Shown one piece after another: positions 1 to 12,861 of a stretch of DNA of 64,000 bases (position 1 is its first letter; each line of letters starts with the position of its first letter). Where the stretch lies: the NCBI GenBank assembly GCA_965203295.1, contig CBDBCZ010000016.1, positions 32,001 through 96,000 of the forward strand, written 5' to 3'. The position numbers were made by a program, and so were the translations under genes. This stretch comes from Nitrospirales bacterium (GTDB lineage Bacteria > Nitrospirota > Nitrospiria > Nitrospirales > UBA8639). The notes under the pieces were generated by a model, which was not told the origin of the DNA, made no database searches, and saw only the letters and a list, made by a program, of their open reading frames with translations.

Positions 1-399
1 TGTTCCCAGGCCAAAATACACATACACACATACACATGAGCTTATGCTTGTGTCATTACATTAGTAGCACTTAAAACTGTCTATTGCATTATTTATAGTT
101 ACTACTATAGTAAGTATAATATTATTATTATATAATAATATTATAGCAAATTATTGTTACTGCATGTCCTTTATAATTATGTAAGAATGCTGGAATAATA
201 ATCATTCACTGCATGTCCAAAGTATTCTGTTGCAGGATGTGTTCAAGGGAGTAGATTATTCCACGAATGATTGAATAAACATCTATAACAACACATAATA
301 ATAATCTTTAGTATAGCTGCATGTTCGGTATAATATTACAAGGTGACAAGGATATCAACAAAGTATAGGGAACATATAATATTATGGCATTATACGGCT

Positions 400-1165
400 G
401 GTCACAAGCTGTATCACTTCAGTGGTAACTGTTTCTAGTTTGTGCTAATGGCTTGCCCCAAGTTGCATCACTTCATAGACCCCTGAGGTGACTGTTTCTC
501 GTTTGCGTTAATGACTGGCCCCAAGTTGTATCACTTTTTTTGGCCCTGTGGTGACTGTTGGTCGTTTGTGTCAATCCCGGCTTGGCATTAATTTCTATCT
601 CTTCATAGCTCTACCTCTGTGGTGACCGTTTTGTTTAATGGCTTGCCCCAAATTCGAGATTGCGTTAAGTTTCGCAATTGCGTTAATGTTTCGCGATTGC
701 GTTAATATTTCGCGATTGCGTTAATGCAAGTTTCTCGAGTGCGTTAATGGCTGCCCTCAAGTTTGTGACTGTTTCTCAATTGCGCTATGGCTGTCCCTAA
801 GTCATATCATACTTCATAGGCCCCTGTGGTGACTGATTCTTGTCCGCGTTCAAGCGATTGTGTTTGTTTCGAGTTTGCGTTAGTGTTTCGCGATTGCGTT
901 AATGTTTCGCGATTGCGTTAGTGTTTCGCGATTGCGTTTATGTTTCGCGACTGCGTTAGTGTTTCGCGATTGCGTTAATGCAAGTTTTTCGAGGGAGTTA
1001 ATGGCTGCCCTCAAGTTTGTGACTGTTTCTGAATTGCGCTACGGCTGTCCCTAAGTTATATCATACTTAATAGGCCCCTGTGTTGACTGATTTTTGTTCG
1101 CGTTGAAGGCTTGCCTTAAATTCAAGCGATTGTGTTGGTTCGAGCGTCGAGATTGCGTTAACGAC
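400..1165. repeat. Subterminal repeat array of the giant element (17-19-bp units such as gtttcgcgattgcgttaat)
   Basis: Tandem units at ~655-725 and ~870-980 sit inside a larger ~250-bp duplicated block. The motif matches the three ~17-bp sub-repeats inside the TIR. Second copy at ~49150-49915. Confidence 0.85.
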
Positions 1166-1234
1166 TCCAAAGTGTACTGGCAAGCGGAAACTATCGGCAA
1201 GGAAGTACATGTGAGAGAGTAATTACATGGCTGG

Positions 1235-1446
1235 GTCCTACTGGCAAGTGCTACGAGCGGGTTTAGTGGCTATATAAGTCTTAAAGCTTGCCTACTGCTC
1301 CACTGCCAAGGGGGCTCCAGTAGCTAGGTAAGAGCATCTGACTAGTATTCAGAAAATCTTGGGTTCAATCCCCAGCTGGGTCCCAATTTTTCGAGATTTC
1401 ATTACTCTCTTAGAAAGCTTATCTTCTCATAGAAGTTTGCAATGTA
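1235..1446 (+). mobile_element. tRNA-Thr(AGT)-derived repeat, further copy
   Basis: Same leader + tRNA-like core + tail. Other copies: ~49989-50200 (+), ~58769-58966 (+); partial minus-strand copies at ~17272-17370, ~32035-32135, ~45905-45995, ~63722-63822. Confidence 0.8.
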
Positions 1447-1768
1447 GTATACATGTACTATATACAATGTCGCGCGCGTGTACAAAGCTTGTCAATGAAT
1501 GTTTGGCCATGCAGCCATTACATGTAACAGAATGGTTTATGAAGTACCCTTGCTTTGGTTTATGAAGTACCCTTGCTTTCACTGCTGAATGTCTGTTTCG
1601 AAACCGTGTCTTACTCATCTTACTCAAGCAGTTTGGACTCGCTCCCCCACTCACCTTTTGAGGTTCTTCCTTTGCCACTGCTGACTCTAAGTACAATGAC
1701 AATACTTTGCGCACGCGCGCCACAGGAAGAGAAGCGTGCGCCGCCATAACGATTGCGCGCGCCGCTCA

Positions 1769-2377
<609 letters not shown>

Positions 2378-2508
2378 AATTTTTTGACTGTACTATGGTA
2401 GTAAAGTATCCGCCCCGAACGAAAGCGCTTAGCCCCTCCCTAATCTTTAGTTATATAGCGATTGGGACCGCCCTTAAAAATAGAAGAAAACACTTAGCCC
2501 CTCCCACA
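2378..2508. promoter_or_regulatory. Probable bidirectional promoter between ADPRH (-) and SLC35F5-like (+)
   Basis: Only 131 bp separate the divergent ATGs (2377 and 2509). CTTAGCCCCTCCC occurs twice (2428-2440, 2493-2505) and there is a CCGCCC box. Copy at 51076-51206. Confidence 0.5.
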
Positions 2509-2791
2509 ATGATGATGCGCTCGAAAAGGACTTGTCGTCGGTGTCCTGTTGCTGCTTCTTGTGGACGTAATTTGGGTCGGCTCAGCAGGCCTTACCAGGG
2601 TAAGTACATAGGTAGACTTCGTAAAACGGCTATAAGGGCAGAAAGTTATCCTACTATGATTACCTTGACACTAGTCTCGCGTGCCAGCACTAGCCTTAAT
2701 TAACCATAGACAGTCCTTCTATCTATGCCCTAACCTTACACTAAACTTCGTGCAAGTATATTAATTCTCGTGGTGTCGGTATAGGATAGAC

Positions 2792-3053
2792 TACACCAAA
2801 GAGTGGGTTATGCGCCTATGTAACCCACGAGTTTGCGGTTATCCCGAGGCGAAGCCGAGGGATAAATGTAAACAAGTGGGTTATAGCGCATAACACACGA
2901 GTGGGTGTGGTCTATCTGACTTATACCACGTTGCGCATGCGTACAATCTTCGCTGCGTAGCAACGTAGCGAACTGATAAAAGTGTGAGTTATGAAACTGT
3001 AACCCATACTTATTAGCCAATCATTTTTATTGTAGATGATGTAATGTGGTATA
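2792..3053 (+). repeat. Dispersed repeat with gaggcgaagccgag hairpin; diverged relative at 15926-16350
   Basis: Both start tacacc..agagtgg.ttat, share gagtttg.ggttatccc...gaggga...aaacaagtggg and end gatgatgtaatgt.gtataa. Confidence 0.65.
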
Positions 3054-3609
3054 ATTCTGTTTAGTTGACTCCTAACTTAAATAATGTTGAGGTGTCAATT
3101 TGACACCTCGGCTACTGCCTGTTGGTGTTCACAATGTCAACCTCATAATATATTGTAGTTAACCGTCATACATGTACTGATTTTCTTTGGAGAATGAAGC
3201 TAGTATCGTCCCCAAGACTAAGGGTCAGTTTACTGTATTAAAAGCCAAGACTTGGGGACAAGACCAGTGTTTTGTACAATTATGGATATATTTGTGGTAG
3301 GCCGAGCGCCGTAACGCGGAGCAAATGGACGGAGACTGTAGATGCTAACTGAAACTCATGCAGATCAATCTCTGCTCAAAACTCAGATGCTTATACAAAG
3401 AATGCAGATTAAATTCTATAGTGGAACAAAAGAGAGCTAGGGACAACACAACAAAGGAAACAATTAAACAATGTGCAAGAATAAACAGTGCGGGGCGACG
3501 TGTGGCTAGGCTATGACATAACCAAAAAGTAACCAAAAATAGATGTAACATTACATAACGGAAGAGGCAATATGCAAGATAAGATAACTGTAAATAGTTC
3601 AGCCAGATC

Positions 3610-3749
3610 TAGCCTCGTTCTTTGGCTCTACTGCCCAGCGTTTTTTTGCACGTAGTAAAATAAGCGGTCAGACCGCTCATTTTACTGACCACTTGTTTTA
3701 CTACATGCGAAATAAAAAGCTGGGCAGTAGAGCCTGGGAAAGTGGCTAT
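3610..3749. mobile_element. TAGCCTCGTT-type MITE
   Basis: tagcctcgttctttggctctactgcccagc ... gctgggcagtagagcctgggaaagtggcta. Related ends at ~20013 and ~22480-22587. Copy at ~52305-52443. Confidence 0.65.
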
Positions 3750-4440
3750 TCTAAGTCCTCTATTTCATCAATAGCCTGTTTACATGTATGTTAGGTACTG
3801 GTAGATCTGAGAACATGGAAGTAGGAGGTTCTAAAACAGTTGATGGTGTCAGACAATTGCATTACATCCCAATAAATATATCAGTTCATCAGCCGAAAAA
3901 CCGAAACTTAAGAGGAGACACCAATGCTAACGATCTCGAATTAAGAGGAGTTGTTGGTCGATCTATTCACTAAACTACTCAATCAGTGTATATGGCCAAC
4001 CCATTATGAAACCGAATTTTACTTATGTGTCTTTACTCAAGCCAGCTGTATCTTGAAATGGAACTCAGGAAATGTGCAAAATAAGCTACTTGTATGTGTG
4101 TATAGCATATTCCACTTATAGAGTCAACTGTGTCCTCCACAACTTTGAATGTATTCTTTAGCTACATATTCTTAAAATAGCCACACAATACAGAATCATA
4201 CGCATGTGAGGAGCTACTGCAAACTGAACACCTTGCTGGTTTTAATAGCCGGAATAATGCAATGCATCTACCTCAACTGGATTCTTTGTGTAGTTAGAAT
4301 AACTCTTTCAACAAGAGTCTATATTGGCATCCACAAAGAAAAGTTAGCCTTGCAGTTCTTTGTATAGTATAGTTTAGCTACAAGCAGCTCTACACTGGAT
4401 ATTCCCCTTTTGGCAGTGAAGATCCTATACCAAGCAGCAG

Positions 4441-5053
4441 TTTTTATCAGCTGGAGCGCGCACAGTGCACGAACAGCTGGTCCTAAGATTGGTTTACGTT
4501 TTCCACGTCTGTCTGTTTGTTTGTGTGTTTGAAGTGGATGGGGTACATTGACTCTTTTACTTTTACTTTTGCTTTCGTATTTTATCTCTTACTTTGTCTT
4601 TTTATTTATTTTGTGTACATTGTACGTGCAGTTTATACGTATAACAAGTCTAAAAAACCAGCCGGGCGCCTTTCCCATACAATGCACACAACTTAGTTTA
4701 GGCCAAGCTAACTGGGAGTGCTAACTGCAGCTGTAGAACGCAGTACAGTGAAAGTGCTGACTCAGCAGTTTTGTTGTGCGCCTCCAGTTAGTAGCTATAC
4801 ACCACAAAAACGGAATCTTTATAGCTGCCTAGGCACCACACAACTACCTTATTTTGCTGTAGCTTGGCCTGCAAATCTCCAAAAGCTGCTATACACTGCA
4901 GTTGCATAGTTGCATAGTAACAGTTGATGTATTATTTTGGGCATGTGATAAGTGTGGACGCACAAACAAACAAGCAAACAAACAAACACAGAAAATGTAA
5001 GGCAATTTTAGGACCAGCAGTTCGTGTGCTGCGTACGCTCTGGCTAGTAAAAA
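4441..5053. mobile_element. ~610-bp element with ~80-bp imperfect terminal inverted repeats
   Basis: tttttatcagctggagcgcgcacagtgcacgaacagctggtcctaa... pairs with ...ttaggaccagcagttcgtgtgctgcgtacgctctggctagtaaaaa, with inner (gttt)n/(aaac)n tracts. Copy at ~53136-53748. Confidence 0.6.
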
Positions 5054-5069
5054 TGTATTTTGTATATAC

Positions 5070-5335
5070 TTATATACTCTTTTTCTCCTATATAATATAG
5101 GAGAAAAAGAGTGATATGCCCACTGTTCCTTTCCTATATAATATAGGAGGGAAATAGTGGGTATCCGCTATTTCCCTCCTATAGTATATGGGAGAGAATT
5201 AGTGGAACTTCCACTATTTCCCTCCTATATTATATGGGAATGAAATGGTGGCAATCCACTATTTCTCTCCTATATTATAGGGGAAGAAATTTGGTGGCAC
5301 TTCCACTATTTTTCCCCTATATAATATAGGAGAGC
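5070..5335. repeat. Minisatellite of ~42-bp self-complementary units (ccactatttccctcctatattatatgggagaaatagtgg-like)
   Basis: About six imperfect palindromic units in tandem. Copy at ~53765-54030. Confidence 0.75.
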
Positions 5336-7337
5336 GTCATGGAATAGTGGAAAACTGTACCAACCCTATATCCTACTGCTCCCTTCCAATGAAATGTATT
5401 AGAGATGATGTAATGTAAGTTTGTTAGTGCATCCTATGTTACTATGCAGGCCAAGCTACAGCAAATGACGTAGCGAACCCAGGTTTTTAGTTCTTTCTTT
5501 CAGCATTGCTGTTATACTATCCGAACACTGTGCTGTTCCATATAGTACTACGCTACGCTAAAGGCTGCTGCAAATGATAGTTGTGCTGTGTGATTACAGG
5601 TTCTAACTTGAGTGGGTAGGGGGAGCAAAAGTATTGGGAAACACGACCATCAAGCTGTTCAGACATTTGTATACCACAGTGCTGCTTTACTCTTCAGAAG
5701 AGGTAGCTTTAGGAGTTGTATGGGACTTCTTTGGCTTAGCGTATTTGTACCTGATGGGGAACTAAGTATGATCATCATGATGCAACTAATCATTTTGCTG
5801 GAAGTAAATACCCTATACTCTGGAGTATAAGTACCCATCAATTATTAATTACAAGTACCCTATGAATGAAGTACCCATTAACCCAGTTGCTTTTCTCTGC
5901 CTGAATAGTAGTACCCTTTCAAATGAAGTAACTGGGATGTATAAATAGTGCATGTGTGACTAGTTAAGCATGAACAGTGATGATAACGGGTCCACCTACA
6001 TGTAGGTCTGCATTAGGAGGTGTATGGGCTGTCGGTGGGGGCATAGAACTGCCTTGTGAGTATGCACTTCACTGTGTAAAGAAATACTGCTCACATGTAA
6101 GAACAGCGCTATGGCGATCAGCAGGGTTCTACCCACACTGGTCGTCAGGGGTCGGGTCTAACCACCACTTAGCCTTTTGGACCTCCACTCAACTAATGTT
6201 TAACTCTTTTTACAGTATTTTTAATATAGGAGAAAGTCTGTTTAGTTAGAGTGTCTAGAGTGCTTAGAGATACACAGAAGTGACTGTCAAGACCATAACA
6301 AAAGTCTTATTGTGCATGCTGTTGTACTACCATACTTGTTGAAAAGTACCCCATGATTAAAAGTACACTTGCTCCAGAGTTTACGTTATTTTGTGTATCA
6401 CACCAAGGCACTAGAGGCTGCCTTATGCTGTGTTCTAGATTCACTCACAGACCAGCTGACCTGTAGGACAAATGTCAACCAAAACTCTTGCAACTATTGC
6501 GAAACAAAACTGCTCCAGGCCACAGAATTGGAGCTACCCACTGTTTTTACTTGTTTCATCATTTTCAGGTGAAGAGTGGTTGACAGCTATAAGTTCTCTC
6601 TGATTTGATCTGATTTTAAGTTTCTATAGTGGAATAAGAACTTACAACTCATCAAATCCACCCTGGAAAGGTAGACACAGGTGCCTTTATTTAAACTGTA
6701 CATTACTACTAACAGTTAGTGCTTTTGTGTTATTAGTTGATATTGACTGTTTACTTTGTTTCACTACGTCTTTCTTCTTTATGTTAAATGCATGGTCTGG
6801 GGTCCTTTACCATATATCCTATCGGGATACTCCAGTGTGTGTGTGTCACTTATGTACATATAGTAGATTTGACGTTTGTAAATCTTCTGGTAGACTTTTT
6901 TTCATGATAAACAGGGTGGACAGATGGAGAAAAGTAGTTGTTGAAACCCACTTGCACATACATGTGGGGTAGTAAGCGGCAACACACAATCTCTCCCTTC
7001 AACAGTGACAGTAGTATTATCTTGGGAAATTTGACAGTACTATGTTGAGTACATGTACATGTACGCGCTGTGATTTACGTAATACCTGTGCTGTCAAAAA
7101 AGATGAAGAGGAAAAATAATTTACCAATGGACAGTAATCAGTGTTCCAACAGAGCGGCACAATTGCTTTGAATTGTTTGTATGTGATGGTATGGTCATAT
7201 AGGAAGCGAGTATAAAGCTACTGCAGGTTGGAATATTTAGCTGATATCTGGCTGTCATGCGTATCTATTTCAAGCACACTTGCAAGAACTCCTGACAATG
7301 TGTGGGCAGACGTGGTTGTTAAAGTTTGTGCCATAGG

Positions 7338-7492
7338 CAGTGTTCTAGCCAGAGGCAAGTGCAAAGAGTGGTGCCTTCTCAGAGATCAAAGCATAGCTGT
7401 GGTTTAATTACATTCTTTCAACCACATCAAGAGGGAATTGTGTACATAAGAGCAGTGGAGCACCACTCTTCCACTCTTTAGCTAGAACACTG
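7338..7492. mobile_element. Short CAGTG...CACTG TIR element
   Basis: cagtgttctagccagag ... ctctttagctagaacactg. No clear TSD. Confidence 0.5.
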
Positions 7493-10400
7493 ATATGTGT
7501 GTTCCCCTTTTTTGGCACTTCTGCATAGTCCAGAAGTAGGTTGTAGAAAACAGCTACTAGTCAGTAGCAGTGGTACAAAATAAAGGACACCACTCAGTAC
7601 AGTAAATGGCTTATGCTCATATTTATCTCTCCAGAAAATAATTGATATAATTGTGTTTGGCTGGGGCCAGGTTTGTAATGCTCAGCAGCTTCGACTCGTT
7701 TACATGGCTACCAAAGATAATCTTGACAAGGCAGTGATAAAAACTAAAAATGAGGTAAATCACCCATACAAAGTATTACCTAATCATAGATAATGCCATT
7801 TACAGGTTAGTATCTGAATTAGACCAATTCCAACTTGTGGTAGGGAGACATGTCACATCTGGTATTAATACTTCCAATTGCAAGTGACTCACCCAACTGG
7901 CCGTGTGTGATGTGCTTTTCTGTAACTGTAGCTGCGATTCTTGCAACTACAATGTTGTCTGGAAACAAACACCCCATTTACCATATTGTGTATACATGTA
8001 TGAATGTTTACAGTAAAACCTTGTGTATAGACACCCTAAATGAACCATTTCCTATAATAAGTATTCAGACATGTAGACTAAATGCTAACAGTGAGTGACT
8101 AAGTAAGCTACCTACATGTAATGTACCTACATGTATGTACATGTACGTAGTGAACTTCTCGGTGGAACACTATAACATGTTCTAATCATGTAGTTTACAG
8201 CTGTTTAAATAGCAGGACAAATGTTTTTGGCCTTGCCAGTCCAAACAGAAGTTGACATTTGTGGTGTCTCCATTTACTACTGTGTTAATCGAAAAGCATT
8301 TGTCAAGTCCGTTTCTTACTCATATCTACATGTACATAACGTACCTCACTGTGTGTGTGACTCACCCAACTGGCCGTGTGTGATGTGCTTTTCTGTAACT
8401 GTAGCTGCGATTCTTGCAACTACAATGTTGTCTGGAAACAAACACCCCATTTACCATATTATGTATACATGTATGAATGTTTACAGTCAGTGACATTGTC
8501 AGTTGATACAAATTTCTTTTGGGCTTGACCCTACTGCCCTAGTCTATTTGCTGTTGCGATGTACATAGTACTGGGTCCTGTGTCTTGCCCCTTCGTGCCC
8601 AATTAGCAACACACATTGCCATGTTACCTTGAGGAAGCCTACAGCATATGCTTGTGTATCAGATTTTGGCGGAATGTTCGACTGTCATACAGTGTAGCTC
8701 TCCTGTTGTTGTACTCATCTGGGCTTGTTGTAGATAACTCTTTCTATTTCACCAGCGTAAGCAACAATGCCTTTAGAGTGATATATAGGGACCACATACA
8801 TTCATAATATATGTAGTCACACAGAAATGGAGTCCGGAATGGATAGAGGAGACTCAAAAGAGTGGGTAGGGGATGTTTAGTTTACTATTTTGTACAGTAT
8901 CAAGATTCTGACCATTTGCAGCATTTGATTTCAGCATGTTTTTTACTCCAGTATTTAATGGCTGAAAATGTGCAGTAGAGAATTTTGTTATAAAAGTTCC
9001 AGTGTGACGTACGTATATGTATATAATGTTTCCCACAATTTCCTACTAAATATTTTTTTGTCAAACAGCGTGATCGATGACTTACTACAGTATGGTACGA
9101 GAATACATAGCCAATTCCAGTGCCGGAACAATTCAGTACCTGCTATGAATATTCCTGTTTGTACTGCTGTTTGAGCGTAATTACCTTGTAGTTTTGATTT
9201 TGAGGGGCATCACCAAGCATATAATGCTTGATTATTGGACAAGTAGCAGCAGCTAGCAGTACACACGTTGTTTAAGTACGTACCTAAGTACTACTATTAT
9301 TTGTTATAGTGCAGAGAATTAGCATGACTCTGGAGCAGCACCCGTGCTTGATTACTGCTAAATACAGTTAATTCATGTACATGCAGCAGTTGCCAAATGT
9401 TATTTATATTGTTACGTATTTGGCTTGCAGGCTCACTGTCCTTGTTCCCTGTGATTTTGTGCAGTAATTGTGAAATTGATTTTGGGATACTTTGCGATTC
9501 TAGTATCTGTGGAAACAGCTACAGTGATATTTGCTTATACAGATGGCAGAGCTATTATGACCTGTTCAGCTACAATGTTGAGAATACCTATAGCTACATG
9601 CCATTAAGCTTTGCTCTCAATCCTCGCAGGAAGGGACCACTAAGGACATTGAGTCAGAATCCTCATATGATCTCAATGAGCAGACGGGCCAGCTTGAAAA
9701 CCAAAGTGATTTGCCAAATGTCCAGGACTCGGAATGCGATGCACATGGCACCCAGAAGACTCTCTCTTTTAAATACCTACATCAAGTGGAGATACCTGCC
9801 CTATAGAGCCAGAGCTGAATGTGTGCCTGCTGGTGAGTGTTATAATCCTACTATTCAGGGTACTACGTGTAACTAGGTGAATGCAGAGTATTGTGGGCGT
9901 GCGTGAATGAGCCCTCATCTGTTGCAGTGTGGATTGTAGACTTTCTGTCATGTTAGTTTGAGGCATGGCAGCTCTCCTCTGTCAGTATCACCGAACCTTA
10001 TCTCCCTCTCTTGCTGCAGCCTAATAATAGTCTACCAGTCCTGCTATCTAGACACAGTGTTGCGTGAATGTGCATGTAGCCATGTGAGATAATTTATTTG
10101 AACATGTATGCATATGATATGCGGTATGTGGACTGTGCGTACTTATAAAACTCTCAATTTAGCACGGATTCACTCACAGTGATCACTGTCCTCTTGCTGC
10201 TGTTACGGTTAGGGATTTTAGCTTGTTGTAGTTCACTGCACAGAGGAAATAACTTAGACACTCAGTATAGCCTTTCTTCTGACAGACCCCAGTACACTGC
10301 TTATCTCATGAATGCCATACAGCCTGAATTCTGCACCACTTAGTACACTGCCAGGTGGCCTGGTTCATCCTTATGGCATTTCATACATGTACATGTACAT

Positions 10401-11534
10401 AAACCTTTATACCGGCTATGTATTGAATATTTTTAGGGGCCATCAGCATTTGAACCTCTAAACCCTGGCTTGGAGACAGATGAAGAATCAGAGGTGGAGA
10501 AAGCAAAACCATGTGAGATATGCAAGATTATAAAACGTATACCAGGCCATAATTATGTAAGAGGGACAGCATGTATATATACAGTGATTAACTATCAGAA
10601 CTATGTAGAATGCTAGCTCGAATTATTATACCCTAGTTCACTTCTAAAAATCCTGATGTTTCAGTGATGGGTGTGATGGGCAGGGGTAGCATCATTCCCA
10701 GGCTGCACTCTTCAGCTGCCTTTTGCAGTGTGTAAAGAATTTCACAGTAAGCTGCAATGAAGGCCTCTGACAAGGCTAGCTAGGACATGGGCAAATAATA
10801 ACCGGAACATGGCTGCCACTGTCTGTAGATAATCCGGAACCTGTCTTGTTCATAAGGCAGGTCAATTCACTGAGTGTTTCTCAATCGGTGATTGTATAGT
10901 AGCTGATAGCAAGTTTTCTGTTGAATAATGCCACTTTGGTTTTTTCATTTAAACTGGACCAGTTTCAGAAGCAAGATCTACACTTGGGATAGATGTATGC
11001 GATTGGAAATGCTACTTTGCAGTTGTTTCTGTGACATTTGTTTCCCTAACTATGAATGCTCTACTGTGTCACGTAATTTAACAGGTTGTAGTGACACTTT
11101 CAAGTACAACATGAACATGATGAAAGTCCCAGTTTGAAAACAAACATTAATGTTTTGATGGCATCTCTACATATTTGCAGCACAATAGCTAGAAGTTTTG
11201 TGATCTAGCTAACTAGCACCTCAGTGCCAAGAATACACATTTAAGATATGTAACAGGTTCAGCATAGAATTTGCAAACATACTCTGAAATTAAGGAAAAT
11301 AAATTGTATATTGTGTGTGATAGGAATAATATACTCTTGTCGCTACCATAGCGCTTACGCCATTGACCACGCACCCACATACGCAGCAAGATCTCCAGTC
11401 AGAGGACAATAACAAGAGCAACCAGTTGTTGCGCCAGTACCATCCTGATCGCCATATAATTTATTCTTCCTAGTGTCCCAGATTAAAACTCTTAGTAAAG
11501 CCTTAAAATCATACTTCTCCCAATTCTCTGGAAT

Positions 11535-11742
11535 GTCCTACTGGCAAGTGCTACTAGCGGGTTTAGTGGCTATATCAATCTTGCCTACTGCTCCTCTGCC
11601 AAGGGTCTCCAGTAGCTCAATTGGTAAGAGCATCTGACTAGTATTCAGAAGGTCCTGGGTTCAATCCCCAGCTGGGTCCCGATTTTTCTGGATTTCTTTA
11701 CTCTCTCAGAAAACTTATCTTCTTACAGAAGTTTGCAATGTA
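11535..11742 (+). mobile_element. tRNA-Thr(AGT)-derived short interspersed repeat
   Basis: 11604-11680 has an A box (tagctcaattgg), an anticodon arm tctga-ctAGTat-tcaga and a B box (ggttcaatcc). It shares a ~70-bp leader and ~60-bp tail with the other copies. Confidence 0.8.
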
Positions 11743-12343
11743 TCTGCAGCAACCTCTTTAGAAAATACCATAAGGGCACTTTTAATTTCAATCTTCATTT
11801 ATTGCAAAACATGAATCAACATTTGTAAGTCCTCAGCATTAGTAGTGTAAACCTACCAAATCGTTGGCAAACATTAGACCCCCAATCTTAACATCCTTCT
11901 TAAAAATAACATTAACATTCTTCTTAACAGTAATGCCAATCCCAGCCTTCTCAACCTCATCTAAACACTGATTAATAAAAATGAAAAAGAGGATAGGCAA
12001 TATATTGCAGCCCTGTGCCACCCCCTGACCTATGTTGAATGGCTTGGATATTTCTCCCTCCAGTAAAACAGCACTCTTTGTGATGTTATACATATTCTTA
12101 ATAACTCTCCACATCCTACCCCTACCACCAAGTTCCCATAACGTTAACCATAAACCATCATGCCAAACTGTGTCAAATGTTTTCTGAACATCTAAGAAAT
12201 AAAGTGTAAGTGTGCTTTCCTTCCCTCATTCTACCTTGTGTGATTTCATTTAGAGTAAAGATGTTATCAACACAACTTCTTTCTCTCTAAATTCTGCCTG
12301 ACCCTCATAAAAAGAGCCCATTTTGATTCTAATCTGCATACTA

Positions 12344-12861
12344 CCGTATAGCGCTTAAATTTGGCGGGTCTAAATATTTGCGAATAGCCGTTTTGAACGT
12401 TTAGTTAAAATAATTTCGCGAATTCGTTTACCGCACCCACGTACTAATGAATTGCAGGAAGCTTTAAGCACCGGTAGCAAATTGTGGCTAGCGCTCCACG
12501 CTCTGCTGCTCGCTTTCCAATTTCAGTCTTCTTCGCGCTCATTTTCCGGTATGCTCCCCTGACCTTCGCGCTGGTAGTTGGCTGAAGTACAGCAAAGATA
12601 CTATATCTCTGAGTACAGTGACTTTGTTTGTTTGCCTCAAAAATTGCGGACGAAGGCATTTGTTTGGAGAGCACTCCTCGTGAATCTGGAACCCCGCATA
12701 CTGTCCACGTACGCTCTTGAAGTATCAAAACCATAGTCAGTACTGTAGAATGCATGGACAGTATCTATGCAGAAATGTAGAAATTTAAATAATTTTGCGA
12801 ATCACTCCAAATTCGCGAAATACGTGAAATTAAAGACCCGTGAAATTTAAGCGCTATATGA
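12344..12861 (-). mobile_element. pogo/Tc1-mariner-type non-autonomous element nested in the LINE RT
   Basis: TA|ccgtatagcgcttaaatttggcgggtct ... agacccgtgaaatttaagcgctatatga|TA gives imperfect TIRs and a TA TSD. The internal remnant KVRGAYRKMSAKKTEIGKRAAERGALAT resembles a pogo-type N-terminal HTH. Copy at ~59568-60085. Confidence 0.8.

Noticed and set aside
655..980. CRISPR-like array
   Set aside because: Contiguous tandem units without unique spacers, eukaryotic context, no cas genes.
2395..2703. 102-aa ORF MVVKYPP... (and 51093-51401)
   Set aside because: Off-frame reading over the promoter and SLC35F5 exon 1; the conserved peptide is in another frame.
11604..11680. Functional tRNA-Thr gene
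   Set aside because: Irregular acceptor stem, embedded in a dispersed repeat with conserved flanks and divergent copies.
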